DNA of 17,009 bases from Planctomycetota bacterium (GTDB lineage Bacteria > Planctomycetota > GCA-002687715 > DRQF01): contig JAZGFI010000272.1 of assembly GCA_036479435.1 (NCBI GenBank), positions 1 through 17,009 of the forward strand, written 5' to 3'. Made by a program: the position numbers and the translations under genes. The notes under the pieces were generated by a model that worked only from the letters and a program-made list of their open reading frames with translations, had not been told where the DNA came from and did no database searches. How positions within the stretch are numbered: the first letter of the stretch is position 1; every line of letters starts with the position of its first letter. This document shows, piece by piece, positions 1 through 8,500 of the stretch.

Positions 1-136
1 CCCCGAGGTTTTCGAAGGCATGGCTCGGATGCCGATCACCAGGACAAATGAGGTTCAGAATCCAGATAGCCTCAAAAAGCGTGGCGATAAATCGCCGAAT
101 TGCCCTCGACTAAGTTGGCTGCTGACAATAGAAGGA

Positions 137-168
137 GGGGCTGGCACCGCTCGAAGAGCGACAGCCCC
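137..168. other. GC-rich stem-loop
   Basis: GGGGCTG(137-143) pairs with CAGCCCC(162-168); inner CGCTC(148-152)/GAGCG(156-160) closes a GAA loop. Function unknown. Confidence 0.5.
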
Positions 169-360
169 GGGGGACAGGAAGCGGGGGAGAGAGAGGCTCG
201 CTATCGGCGTGAACGTGCCACGGAGGTCGTCCCCGTTTGCCATGAAGCACCAAAGTGTGAGAACCTGACCAATCTGCTCTTTGAATAGATCCCATATGGG
301 TAGTTCGTGTCGGAAAAGGTTTTAGGCCGCTTGGTGCTCCGCGAGTTCGTGGACCTGAGC

Positions 361-432
361 CCTCCCACGTTGCTGCGCCTTGCTACTCACCGCCCTGGGT
401 GAGTGAGCAGCAAGGCCCCGCAACAAAGGAGG
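361..432 (+). promoter_or_regulatory. Long imperfect hairpin that includes the Shine-Dalgarno of the DUF3560 gene
   Basis: Nested pairings CCTCC(361-365)/GGAGG(428-432), GTTGC(369-373)/GCAAC(420-424), GCCTTGCT(377-384)/AGCAAGGC(409-416), ACTCACC(385-391)/GGTGAGT(398-404). Confidence 0.55.
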
Positions 433-438
433 TTGGCC

Positions 439-1263
439 ATGACAAACAACTATGAAAACAAGCAAGCCGCGCGAAAGGAACGTCTCCTTGAGCGTGCAGA
501 TAAGGCTGAGCAACGAGCATCGACAGTAGAGAACGCGGCAACTGAGCGGGCTGACATGATTCCGATGGGGCAACCCATCCTTGTTGGCCACCACTCAGAA
601 CGTCGCCACCGTCGAGATCTCGACCGCATTCATCGCGGATTTGACAAAGCCCTTGAGGAGCGAGGCAAGGCTGAAGAGCTTCGCCGTCGTGCCGCGGCCG
701 TCGGTAGGGGAGGAATCTCCAGTGACGACCCAAGTGCCATTTCGAAGCTGGAGGAGAAGCTCCGCGGACTCGAAGAGAGTCGTGAGCAAATGAAGACCGT
801 CAACGCTGCATGGCGCAAGGCTGGAAAGCCCGCACCAGACAACGGCGATGGCTGGACGCGTGTCGGGGAACTCACTGGCCTCGAAGCCAAGGAGCTCCAA
901 AACCTGCGACTGCAAGTTGCTCGTTTCGGGTTCGGAAGTGACACTCCGTACCCGTCCTACGCGCTCAGGAACCTCAGCTCTGAGGCTCGCCGAGTGCGTG
1001 TGCGTATCGAGCAGCTTCACGAAGCGGCCAAGGCTGTGGCCCTCGATGAGGATCACGGAGTTTGCCGCCTGGTCGAGGACCCTGACGATAACCGTCTTCG
1101 ACTGTTCTTCGACGGGAAGCCGTCAGAGGCAGTTCGAACCATCCTCAAGAGGAACGGCTTTCGCTGGTCTCGTTTGGAAAGCGCCTGGCAGCGCCACCTG
1201 AACAATGCCGGTCGGTATGCCGCAAGCACCATCATTCGACAACTCAAGGAGATGCAGTCATGA
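439..1263 (+). CDS. DUF3560 domain-containing protein
   Basis: Signature IPMGQPILVGHHSERRHRR and GISSDDP; C-terminal DNRLRLFFDGKP...LKRNGFRWS...AWQR. Start moved from ORF-track 403 to ATG 439, 6 nt after AGGAGG (427-432). Confidence 0.85.
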   Translation: MTNNYENKQAARKERLLERADKAEQRASTVENAATERADMIPMGQPILVGHHSERRHRRDLDRIHRGFDKALEERGKAEELRRRAAAVGRGGISSDDPSAISKLEEKLRGLEESREQMKTVNAAWRKAGKPAPDNGDGWTRVGELTGLEAKELQNLRLQVARFGFGSDTPYPSYALRNLSSEARRVRVRIEQLHEAAKAVALDEDHGVCRLVEDPDDNRLRLFFDGKPSEAVRTILKRNGFRWSRLESAWQRHLNNAGRYAASTIIRQLKEMQS

Positions 1264-1829
1264 GCGATGTCTTCGACAAGCTCAATGCCTGCCCAACTTG
1301 TGACTCAATGGAAGTGCAGCTCAATGGGGGTGATAGAACTGGAACCTCGGCGGCTAACAATGGTGCCACTCGCCGCTTTTGCGAGCCGCGAGTGCGCCTG
1401 GTCACGGTCGAGCAATTGAAGTGCAAACCAGAAGGAGCGCCCGTCCGCATTCCATTGAATGCGGTGGCCTACGCCAGAGAGATTCTCTCTGGCAAGGACC
1501 GGGAGCACTTTCTAGCGATGCACCTCAACAGCAAACACCGTGTTGTTTCCGTGGAGATAGTCTCAATCGGAACCCTTGGGTCTTCGATGGTTCATCCACG
1601 CGAGGTCTTCAAGGCAGCCATCTTGGCCAACTCTGCGGCTATCATCTGTGCTCACAACCACCCTTCGGGTGATGTGGCACCGTCGCTTGAGGATCGCGAG
1701 GTACTCAAACGACTAGCAGAAGTGGGGCGGCTCTTAGGTATCCCCATGCTCGACTTCCTCATTGTCTCAGACGATGAGTTCTGGTCCGCCAGCGAGCATG
1801 GTGCGATGGGCCGAGGGGCATCCTTGTGA
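1260..1829 (+). CDS. radC: RadC-like JAB/MPN domain protein (UPF0758 family, short MGE form)
   Basis: REHFLAMHLN...GTL...VHPREVFKAAI...AHNHPSGD..PS.ED JAMM metal motif. AGGAG at 1247-1251; ATGA overlap with upstream gene. Confidence 0.9.
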   Translation: MSDVFDKLNACPTCDSMEVQLNGGDRTGTSAANNGATRRFCEPRVRLVTVEQLKCKPEGAPVRIPLNAVAYAREILSGKDREHFLAMHLNSKHRVVSVEIVSIGTLGSSMVHPREVFKAAILANSAAIICAHNHPSGDVAPSLEDREVLKRLAEVGRLLGIPMLDFLIVSDDEFWSASEHGAMGRGASL

Positions 1830-2071
1830 AGGAGCAGCGCTTCTCGAAGTCCGGTTGGGCGGTTCCCGAAGAGCACAGTGGCCGATGTGGTAACACCGCG
1901 GCCGTGCTCTTTGGGCAAACGCTCTGGCGTTGGGGTGAACCAGGTAAGGGCACCGTTCTCGACGATGTCGAAGACGGGTGCCTGCTTTGTCTCGCTCAGA
2001 AGGTCGAGCGCTTGCTAGACCAAGGTTGGGGGCTCTCAGGTGAACGCTTCACCCGCATCGTCAAGCGATGA
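1826..2071 (+). CDS. Small hypothetical protein (81 aa)
   Basis: GTGA start/stop overlap with radC; ends just before an inverted repeat. Contains H...C and CLLC. No recognised family. Confidence 0.5.
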   Translation: MKEQRFSKSGWAVPEEHSGRCGNTAAVLFGQTLWRWGEPGKGTVLDDVEDGCLLCLAQKVERLLDQGWGLSGERFTRIVKR

Positions 2072-2080
2072 GCCCCATGA

Positions 2081-2107
2081 GGGTTGTATTCTGACACGAT
2101 ACAACCC
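2081..2107. terminator. Inverted repeat between convergent genes (possible terminator)
   Basis: GGGTTGTAT(2081-2089)/ATACAACCC(2099-2107), 9-bp perfect stem with 9-nt loop in the 46-nt gap between converging ORFs. No clear U-tract. Confidence 0.5.
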
Positions 2108-2117
2108 CCTTCTACAT

Positions 2118-3164
2118 TCATGAGAACAGTTCCGCGCGTCGCTCAGTGGGCATGCGCGGGAACAACTCGGCATCAGGGTTCATGTTGAAACGCGCACTGT
2201 CCTTTCCAATCTGGGCGGAGTGAATCTTGAGCCCGCACCAAAAAAGAGCGAGAGCCTTGTCCCCAGTGAGCAGTGAAATCGGCGTGGCAAGACCTTGAGA
2301 GCTTGCGAGGAGCTCGAGTTGACGAAGGTCCGCCAGCGCGTTGTATGCATCATTTTCTGAGTATGGAACCCTTAGCTTGAGCAGCTTCTGGGCGGTCCCC
2401 CAATCAGAGCCGCCGGGCGATTCATATAGCTTTGCGAGCACAGCCAAGAAGACTAAACCCTTCTTGAGTGCGCAAGAATCTGCTGCACGAAGTACCTCGG
2501 ATGCGGTTTGTTCAAGGGAGCGTGCAGCAACCGTCCGGTGAAGAAGCGGAGCTACCGTTTGCAGGAAACGCTCTTCAGATGCAGCCCGTTCGTCAAAAGA
2601 CTTCCTCCAGGCGTACATGCGTTGGAGCAGGTCCTCAGAGAAGGTGGTCACCATCACTGAAGGCAAGCTCCTCTTGATGCTGCGCGTCGTGGCCGTCACG
2701 TCTTCACGGAACTCATCAAGACTGGGCGTGCTCTGGGTTCCTCCCTCGAATGCGCCGAGGATGGGGTTCACTGTGTTCGATGGTGTGTCGAGGAAGCTAA
2801 AGGACCACCGCTCACCTGCGGCTACGGCTTCATCGCGCGTGTCTGAGTCCGCTTGCTCTAGAGATGTGACTACATTGCGGTCAAGAACCAGTGTCTTCCC
2901 TTGCAGGTAGGTGGGGGGGACGGCTCCGCCGGGGACTAAGCCATAAAACGGAATGCGTTCATTGAACTCAATGGGGAAGGTGAGTTGGACTCTCTTGTCA
3001 GATGCCCGGTCGCCTTCAGCGTGCCGTCCGTGCATCACGGCAGGGTGAGACTGCCTACCATTCTTGAGCACGTCACGGAGGGCAGCGAATCCAAGGGGTT
3101 CGACATCGTCAACGTGGAACACGTTTTCCTTTCCGTCCTCCCCGATGTGCTTGAAACCGAACAT
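2118..3164 (-). CDS. Hypothetical protein with PIN-like nuclease signature
   Basis: 348-aa ORF 15 nt downstream of parE, same strand. LVLDRNV (D95,N97), AFE (E140), YNALAD (N275,D279) and LLTGDKAL (D302) follow the order of the PIN acidic tetrad. The CDS is well supported; the PIN call is inference. Confidence 0.65.
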   Translation of the reverse strand: MFGFKHIGEDGKENVFHVDDVEPLGFAALRDVLKNGRQSHPAVMHGRHAEGDRASDKRVQLTFPIEFNERIPFYGLVPGGAVPPTYLQGKTLVLDRNVVTSLEQADSDTRDEAVAAGERWSFSFLDTPSNTVNPILGAFEGGTQSTPSLDEFREDVTATTRSIKRSLPSVMVTTFSEDLLQRMYAWRKSFDERAASEERFLQTVAPLLHRTVAARSLEQTASEVLRAADSCALKKGLVFLAVLAKLYESPGGSDWGTAQKLLKLRVPYSENDAYNALADLRQLELLASSQGLATPISLLTGDKALALFWCGLKIHSAQIGKDSARFNMNPDAELFPRMPTERRAELFS

Positions 3165-3179
3165 GTTTGTAGCCGTGGC

Positions 3180-3488
3180 TTACAGCTCGGTCTCCAGCAG
3201 TCGCTCCCAGTCTCTTTCACCGCGCTCAACGATGAGGATCTCGACGATATCTATGCCTGGGCGATAGGCAATCAGAGTTGGACCGACCGTCCAGAACTGA
3301 ATCCTGTCATCTGTGGTGAGGTCTTCGCGGGAGTGCCCAATTCCAGGGCTTTCTGCGAGCAGCTCAAAGGCAGATTCGATTCTGTCGAGTACTCGTTCGG
3401 CGACACGCACGCCGAAATCCCTCTCGACATACTCGAGGATGTTGCGGAATCCGGTTCGTGCTTGCGGAGTGAGTCTGTATCTGGCCAC
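3180..3488 (-). CDS. parE: Type II TA toxin, RelE/ParE family
   Basis: YRLTPQAR...ILEYVERDFG...LLAESPGIGHSREDL...IAYR...VEILIV pattern. GTG start overlaps antitoxin stop (TAGTG). Confidence 0.85.
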   Translation of the reverse strand: MARYRLTPQARTGFRNILEYVERDFGVRVAERVLDRIESAFELLAESPGIGHSREDLTTDDRIQFWTVGPTLIAYRPGIDIVEILIVERGERDWERLLETEL

Positions 3489-3760
3489 TACCTATTTTTG
3501 GCGGTTGCGGCCCGCTCGCGCAAGAACTCGCGCATTTCCGCGACCACTTCTGGGCCATCGAGAAGTTCGCCGCGGTCGGCTTGCTCAAGACCGGTGGCAA
3601 GCGCGGTGCGGAGCTTCTCTAGGTGCGCCTCTCGGAGACGGTCTTGGTCGGCGAGTAGCCTGAGGCTTTCACGCACGACTTCGCTCTGGTTGTTGTAGAG
3701 GCCGGAGTCGACCTTCTCGCGGACCAGCTTCTCGAGTTCGGGTGTGAGGTTGACGTTCAT
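3488..3760 (-). CDS. parD: Type II TA antitoxin, ParD/CC2985-like ribbon-helix-helix
   Basis: MNVNLTPELEKLVREKVDSGLYNNQSEVVRESLRLL...LRTALATGLEQADRGE; directly upstream of the toxin. Confidence 0.9.
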   Translation of the reverse strand: MNVNLTPELEKLVREKVDSGLYNNQSEVVRESLRLLADQDRLREAHLEKLRTALATGLEQADRGELLDGPEVVAEMREFLRERAATAKNR

Positions 3761-3766
3761 GGATTC

Positions 3767-3795
3767 AGTATAGCCCAGTTGTCAAGGATTGACAA
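3767..3795 (-). promoter_or_regulatory. sigma70-type promoter for parDE with overlapping operator palindrome
   Basis: Minus strand TTGTCA(3795-3790)-N17-TATACT(3772-3767), 6 nt before the parD ATG. Perfect inverted repeat TTGTCAA-GGA-TTGACAA at 3779-3795. Confidence 0.75.
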
Positions 3796-3841
3796 TGATT
3801 GACTATCGACACCTGAGAGGCCGAACTTGAGTTGGGTCCCC

Positions 3842-3883
3842 TATCAGGCTTGACTTTGCCTGATAAAATAGGTTATCGTGCGG
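3842..3883. promoter_or_regulatory. Putative tyrosine-recombinase binding/crossover site overlapping a possible rightward promoter
   Basis: TATCAGGC-N8-GCCTGATA (3842-3865) perfect inverted repeat; GCCTGATAA-AATAGG-TTATCGTGC (3858-3881) dif-like with a 6-bp spacer; TTGACT(3850-3855)-N18-TATCGT(3874-3879). Confidence 0.55.
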
Positions 3884-3956
3884 AATAGAACACGGTAGGG
3901 GGGGCTCTGGTAGGCGATGTCAGCGGTCCTTCGGCCCCAGCGGATGGAGGCACACA

Positions 3957-4307
3957 ATGAGACTGATTCACGCCGATGGCTCAATCGAGATCCTGGCAAG
4001 ACCAATTCAGAAAGTGGCGCGGCAGTGGGACAAGCTGTCGGCAGACGAAGCCACGGCCGTTTTTCAGGAAGCGTTCACCGAGGCCAGCCTCTTGCCCAAC
4101 TACATCGTGCTGGAACAGGCCAGGGCTCATGCCGAGGAGCAGGAAACGGAGGTCCCTGTGGCCCTTGTCGCGGTGAACGACCTTTGGAGCGTCTATTCCG
4201 TGGCTTCAACCACGCTTGCTATCGCGGTTCAGGACGGTGAGACCCTATCTCTTGCCACGTTTACTCCTCAACTCGCCGACGAAATCGGCATCCCGTGGCC
4301 CAGGTAG
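3957..4307 (+). CDS. Hypothetical protein (116 aa, acidic)
   Basis: GGAGG at 3946-3950, 6 nt before ATG; ends 9 nt before the recombinase ORF. No recognised family. Confidence 0.65.
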   Translation: MRLIHADGSIEILARPIQKVARQWDKLSADEATAVFQEAFTEASLLPNYIVLEQARAHAEEQETEVPVALVAVNDLWSVYSVASTTLAIAVQDGETLSLATFTPQLADEIGIPWPR

Positions 4308-4316
4308 CCCAAAGCC

Positions 4317-5459
4317 GTGTCTAAGACCCCCAATTTGGACCGAAACCCCGGGCTCCCGATGGCAAATGTGCCCTCGCATGAGCTCGTAGAAGGCCCGGAA
4401 GGCCTTCCGCCCATTCTGAGCGGGCATGCGACGCCGCAGCTCGAGATCAAGGTTCGCGGGTTCTACGGCTCCATTGCGACCATGTTCGAGGCTTGGTTGG
4501 CACGCAGGAAGAGCCACAACACGCGGCGGGCGTACCGCCGTGACGTCATGGACTTCCTCGAGTTCATGGGCATCACCTGGCCAAGCAAAGAGGAGCCTCA
4601 ATCCGACAAGTCATGGAAGCTTCTGCAAGCCACCGTGCCACACGTGCAGGCTTGGCGGGACTTCATGCACGATGAGCGCAACCTCGCACCAAACACCCTC
4701 AACCGTCGTGTCTCGTCGCTTTCCGGCTTCTATCGCTTCCTACGAGAAGCCGCGGCCGAGATGCGGCTGCCAATCATCGTTCCGAACCCCGCACACTCGC
4801 AGTTCATTGGCCGCGAGGTCCAAGCGCCCGTTTCCCCCACCGAGGCACTCTCGGCAACCCGCGCGCGCCAACTCATGTCGCTCCCTGAGGGAGAGGATTT
4901 CTTCGCCTACCGCGACCGCGCAATCCTCAAGTTCTACCTCTACACAGGGGTCCGTATCGGCACTGGCTGTCGGCTTCACGTTGCCGACTTCATCGACGAC
5001 GACGAAGATCCGAAGGTGCTCATCCAAGAGAAGGGCAAGGGCAAGAGTAAGCGCCCCGTCGGCATCAACGTGATCGCGGCCGACGCGCTTCGGCAGTACA
5101 TCGAGGAGACGAAGCTGACGAGCGGCGCTCTCTTTCGGCCCAGGCTCAAGCCTCACAGCGCAGAGCTGGCGGAGCGGTGCATGGACGTCTCGACCATGTA
5201 CCGCATCTTGCAGGGTTATCTCACGAAGCTCCCACGCTCGATGAAGGAACACGAGCTGCCCAGCGGAGAGACTGAGCTTCGCTGCCTCTATTCGCCGCAT
5301 TCAATCCGAGCAACTACGGCCACCCTGCTGTTGGACGCCGGTGAGGACATCAGCGACGTGCAGAAGCTGCTCGGGCACAAGCACGTCACGGTGACTCAAG
5401 TCTACGACAAGCGCAGAAAAGGGACGAAGGACAGCGCCTCGCACCGTCTGTCCCTTTGA
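4317..5459 (+). CDS. Tyrosine recombinase/integrase (XerC/D-like)
   Basis: Core-binding region SHNTRRAYRRDV...APNTLNRRVSSLSGFY; catalytic RDRAIL...TGVR (R213), HSIR (H328,R331), LGH (H354), TQVY (Y363). Start uncertain (GTG 4317 or ATG 4359). Confidence 0.92.
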   Translation: MSKTPNLDRNPGLPMANVPSHELVEGPEGLPPILSGHATPQLEIKVRGFYGSIATMFEAWLARRKSHNTRRAYRRDVMDFLEFMGITWPSKEEPQSDKSWKLLQATVPHVQAWRDFMHDERNLAPNTLNRRVSSLSGFYRFLREAAAEMRLPIIVPNPAHSQFIGREVQAPVSPTEALSATRARQLMSLPEGEDFFAYRDRAILKFYLYTGVRIGTGCRLHVADFIDDDEDPKVLIQEKGKGKSKRPVGINVIAADALRQYIEETKLTSGALFRPRLKPHSAELAERCMDVSTMYRILQGYLTKLPRSMKEHELPSGETELRCLYSPHSIRATTATLLLDAGEDISDVQKLLGHKHVTVTQVYDKRRKGTKDSASHRLSL

Positions 5460-5530
5460 ACCCAAGGGATAGCTTGTCACACTACAAATAACATGATTCC
5501 TCATACACCAATCAATAACCCGGAGCTCGC

Positions 5531-8500
5531 TTGAGGATTCTCCAGAACACAGGCACGGACCGCGTCCTCGACCTTATTCGTCCAGGCCTTGGAAGTGACA
5601 CGCAGCTCGACGTTGTTACACCAACCCTCTCGCTATTCGCCTTCGCCGAACTCTTGAGTGAGTTGACGAGCCTCAAGGGCGCGCGGCTTGTGCTTCCTTC
5701 GGTTGGTGACGACCTGGCCCTCTTGGGTTCACCAGATGACCGCGCAGCTCGCAACCGTCTTCAGGCTCGCTGGCTCGCAGCCCGCTGTGCTTCGTGGCTG
5801 CGGAGGAAGGTTGAGCTCCGGCAAGCCAGTGGCCCAATTCCCCAGGGTTCGGTAGTCATTCGTGACTCTGCCAGTGTTCCTCTCCACGTGGTGCTTGGCT
5901 CGTTCGCCTTCAGCACGCAGGGGCTTGGCATTACTCCGGGCAACCCCATGAGCCTAATTCAGGCCTCGGAGAACCAGGCCGAGGGCGCCGCCCTTTCGGG
6001 CTGGTTCGACTCCCTTTGGTCTAGCTTGCCGCCGACCGAGAGCGGCGCACCCACGGTTCTCGACGCTCTCGATGACGTGGCTTCCCACCGCGCGCCATCC
6101 TCCATCTACGCGCTGGTGCTTCAACACCTGTTCGGCTCCCGCGGCGACGAGCTCGACGAGGAGCAGGTGGTCAAGTCTGCCACCGGCATCCGCCGCACGC
6201 TGGTCTGGCAGAAGCTCTACAAGTTCCAGCGAGATGGTGCGGTGGGCGCAATCGACAAGCTGAACCGCTTCGGCGGCTGCATCATCGCCGACAGCGTGGG
6301 GCTCGGTAAGACCTTTGAGGCGTTGGCCATCATCAAGTACCACGAGCTCCGCAACGACCGCGTCCTCGTGCTCTGCCCCAAGCGCTTGCGCGACAACTGG
6401 ACCCTGTACCGTGCGAACGACCGGCGCAACGTCCTTGCAGCAGACCGCTTCAACTACGACGTCCTCAATCACACCGACCTCTCCCGAGATGGAGGGCTCT
6501 CAGGTGACATCGACCTCGCGAACGTGAACTGGGGGAACTACGACCTCGTCGTCATCGACGAGTCCCACAACTTCCGCAACAAACGGGCTCCTCGCCAAGG
6601 CAGCGAAACCAGATACGACCGCTTGATGCGTCGCATCGTGCGCGAGGGAGTCAGAACCCGCGTGCTGATGCTCTCGGCAACTCCGGTGAACAACCGCCTT
6701 GCTGACCTGCGCAACCAGATTGCCTTCGCCACAGAGGGCAACGACGCGGCTCTCGAAGAGCAAGGCATCGCCAGTATTGCTGGGACGACGCGCTTGGCTC
6801 AAAGGCAGTTCAACCGGTGGCTCGAGATGCCCGACGCCACACGCACACCCAACCGCCTGGTTGAGATGCTCGGGTTCGACTACTTCACCTTACTCGACAC
6901 GCTCACCATCGCGCGTTCACGGCGCCACATTGAGAAGTACTGCGGCACCGCGGAAACCGGCAAGTTCCCTGAGCGCCTGAGGCCCGTCAACATCAAGGCC
7001 GACGTTGACAGCTCGGGAGCCTTCCCGGCCGTGCGGGACATCAACCAGGAGATTCGAAGGCTGCACTTGGCCTCCTACGCGCCACTTCGCTACGTCCTCC
7101 CCCACCGTCAGGAAGCCTACGACGAGAAGTACAGCACCGAGGTGCGCGGTGGCGAGGGCTTCTTCCGCCAGGTCGACCGCGAGGAGAGCCTCATTCACCT
7201 CGTCCGCATCAACGTCCTCAAGCGAATGGAGAGCGCCGTCCCCTCCTTCGCGCTCACGATAGGCCGCCAGCTTCGAGACGTAGAGGCGACCATCGAGCGC
7301 ATCGACGCCCAGAGCGAAGAGCTCGAAGAAATCGACATCAGTGACCTCGACCTCGAGGACCCCGCCTTCGAGAGCCTCATCGTGGGCCGCAAGGTCAAGG
7401 TTCTCCTGAACGACGTCGACCTTGTGCGCTGGAAGCAAGACCTGGTCGAGGACCGCAATCGCCTAGCAACGCTCCATGCCGCCGCTTGCGATGTCACGCC
7501 GGAGAAGGACGCCAAACTCTCGGCACTACGGGAGGTCATCCAAGGCAAGTGCCAGTCCCCCATCAACCCAGGCAACCGCAAGATAGTCATCTTCACCGCC
7601 TTCGCGGACACCGCGAACTACCTCTACGCGCAGCTCGCCCCTTGGGCCAAGCAAGAGCTCGGGCTCGAATCCGCATTGGTCACTGGAAGTGGACGCAACC
7701 AGAGCACGCTCTCGGGTCTTCGCAAGGACCTGGCTTCAATCCTTACGGCCTTCGCGCCGCGCGCGAAGGAACGTCCCGAGGAACTCGCCTCCGATGGAGA
7801 CCTGGACATCCTCATCGCGACAGACTGCATCTCCGAGGGCCAGAACCTCCAGGACTGCGACTGGCTCATCAACTACGACATCCACTGGAACCCTGTTCGC
7901 ATCATCCAGCGCTTCGGTCGCATCGACCGCCTTGGGTCCCCCAACGAACGCATCCAGCTCGTCAACTTCTGGCCCAACATGGAGCTCGAGGAGTATCTCG
8001 ACCTCGAGCAGCGAGTCAGCGGACGCATGGTGTTGCTCGACATATCCGCCACTGGTGAGGAGAACCTCATCGAGAAGCAGTCCGGCGACCAGATGAACGA
8101 CCTTGAGTACCGCCGCAAGCAACTCCTGAAGCTGCAAGACGCGGTCATTGACCTTGAGGACCTCTCAACCGGCGTGTCCATCGCGGACCTCACACTCACC
8201 GACTTCCGCATCGACCTGGCGGAGTACCGTCGAGAGCACCCAGGCGCGCTCGACTCATTGCCCCTCGGCGTTTGTGGTGTCACCACTAGCCGGGATGCCG
8301 ACATTGAGCCCGGCGTCATCTTCTGCCTGCGGGCCGAAGGCCCCGCAGCCGCTCGCGCGGCCGAGCCTGGCTACTCCTTGGCCCCCTACTACCTCGTCCA
8401 CGTAGGCGAAGACGGCACAGTTCGGCTTCCTTACTCACAGACCAAGCAGATTCTCGACCGCTTGAAGCGCCTATGCGTCGGGCGTGACCTTCCAGACGCC

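Noticed and set aside
403..438. ORF-track start of the DUF3560 gene
   Set aside because: Lies inside the hairpin; AGGAGG supports ATG 439.
2985..3698. 237-aa plus-strand ORF
   Set aside because: Antisense to the well-supported parD, parE and downstream gene; low-complexity S/R tail.
3898..3904. G7 tract upstream of the 116-aa ORF (another G7 at 2913-2919)
   Set aside because: Too short to imply phase variation in high-GC DNA.
5460..5530. AT-rich gap with TTGTCA as a promoter for the helicase operon
   Set aside because: No -10 hexamer at 16-18 nt spacing. A promoter may exist but cannot be placed.
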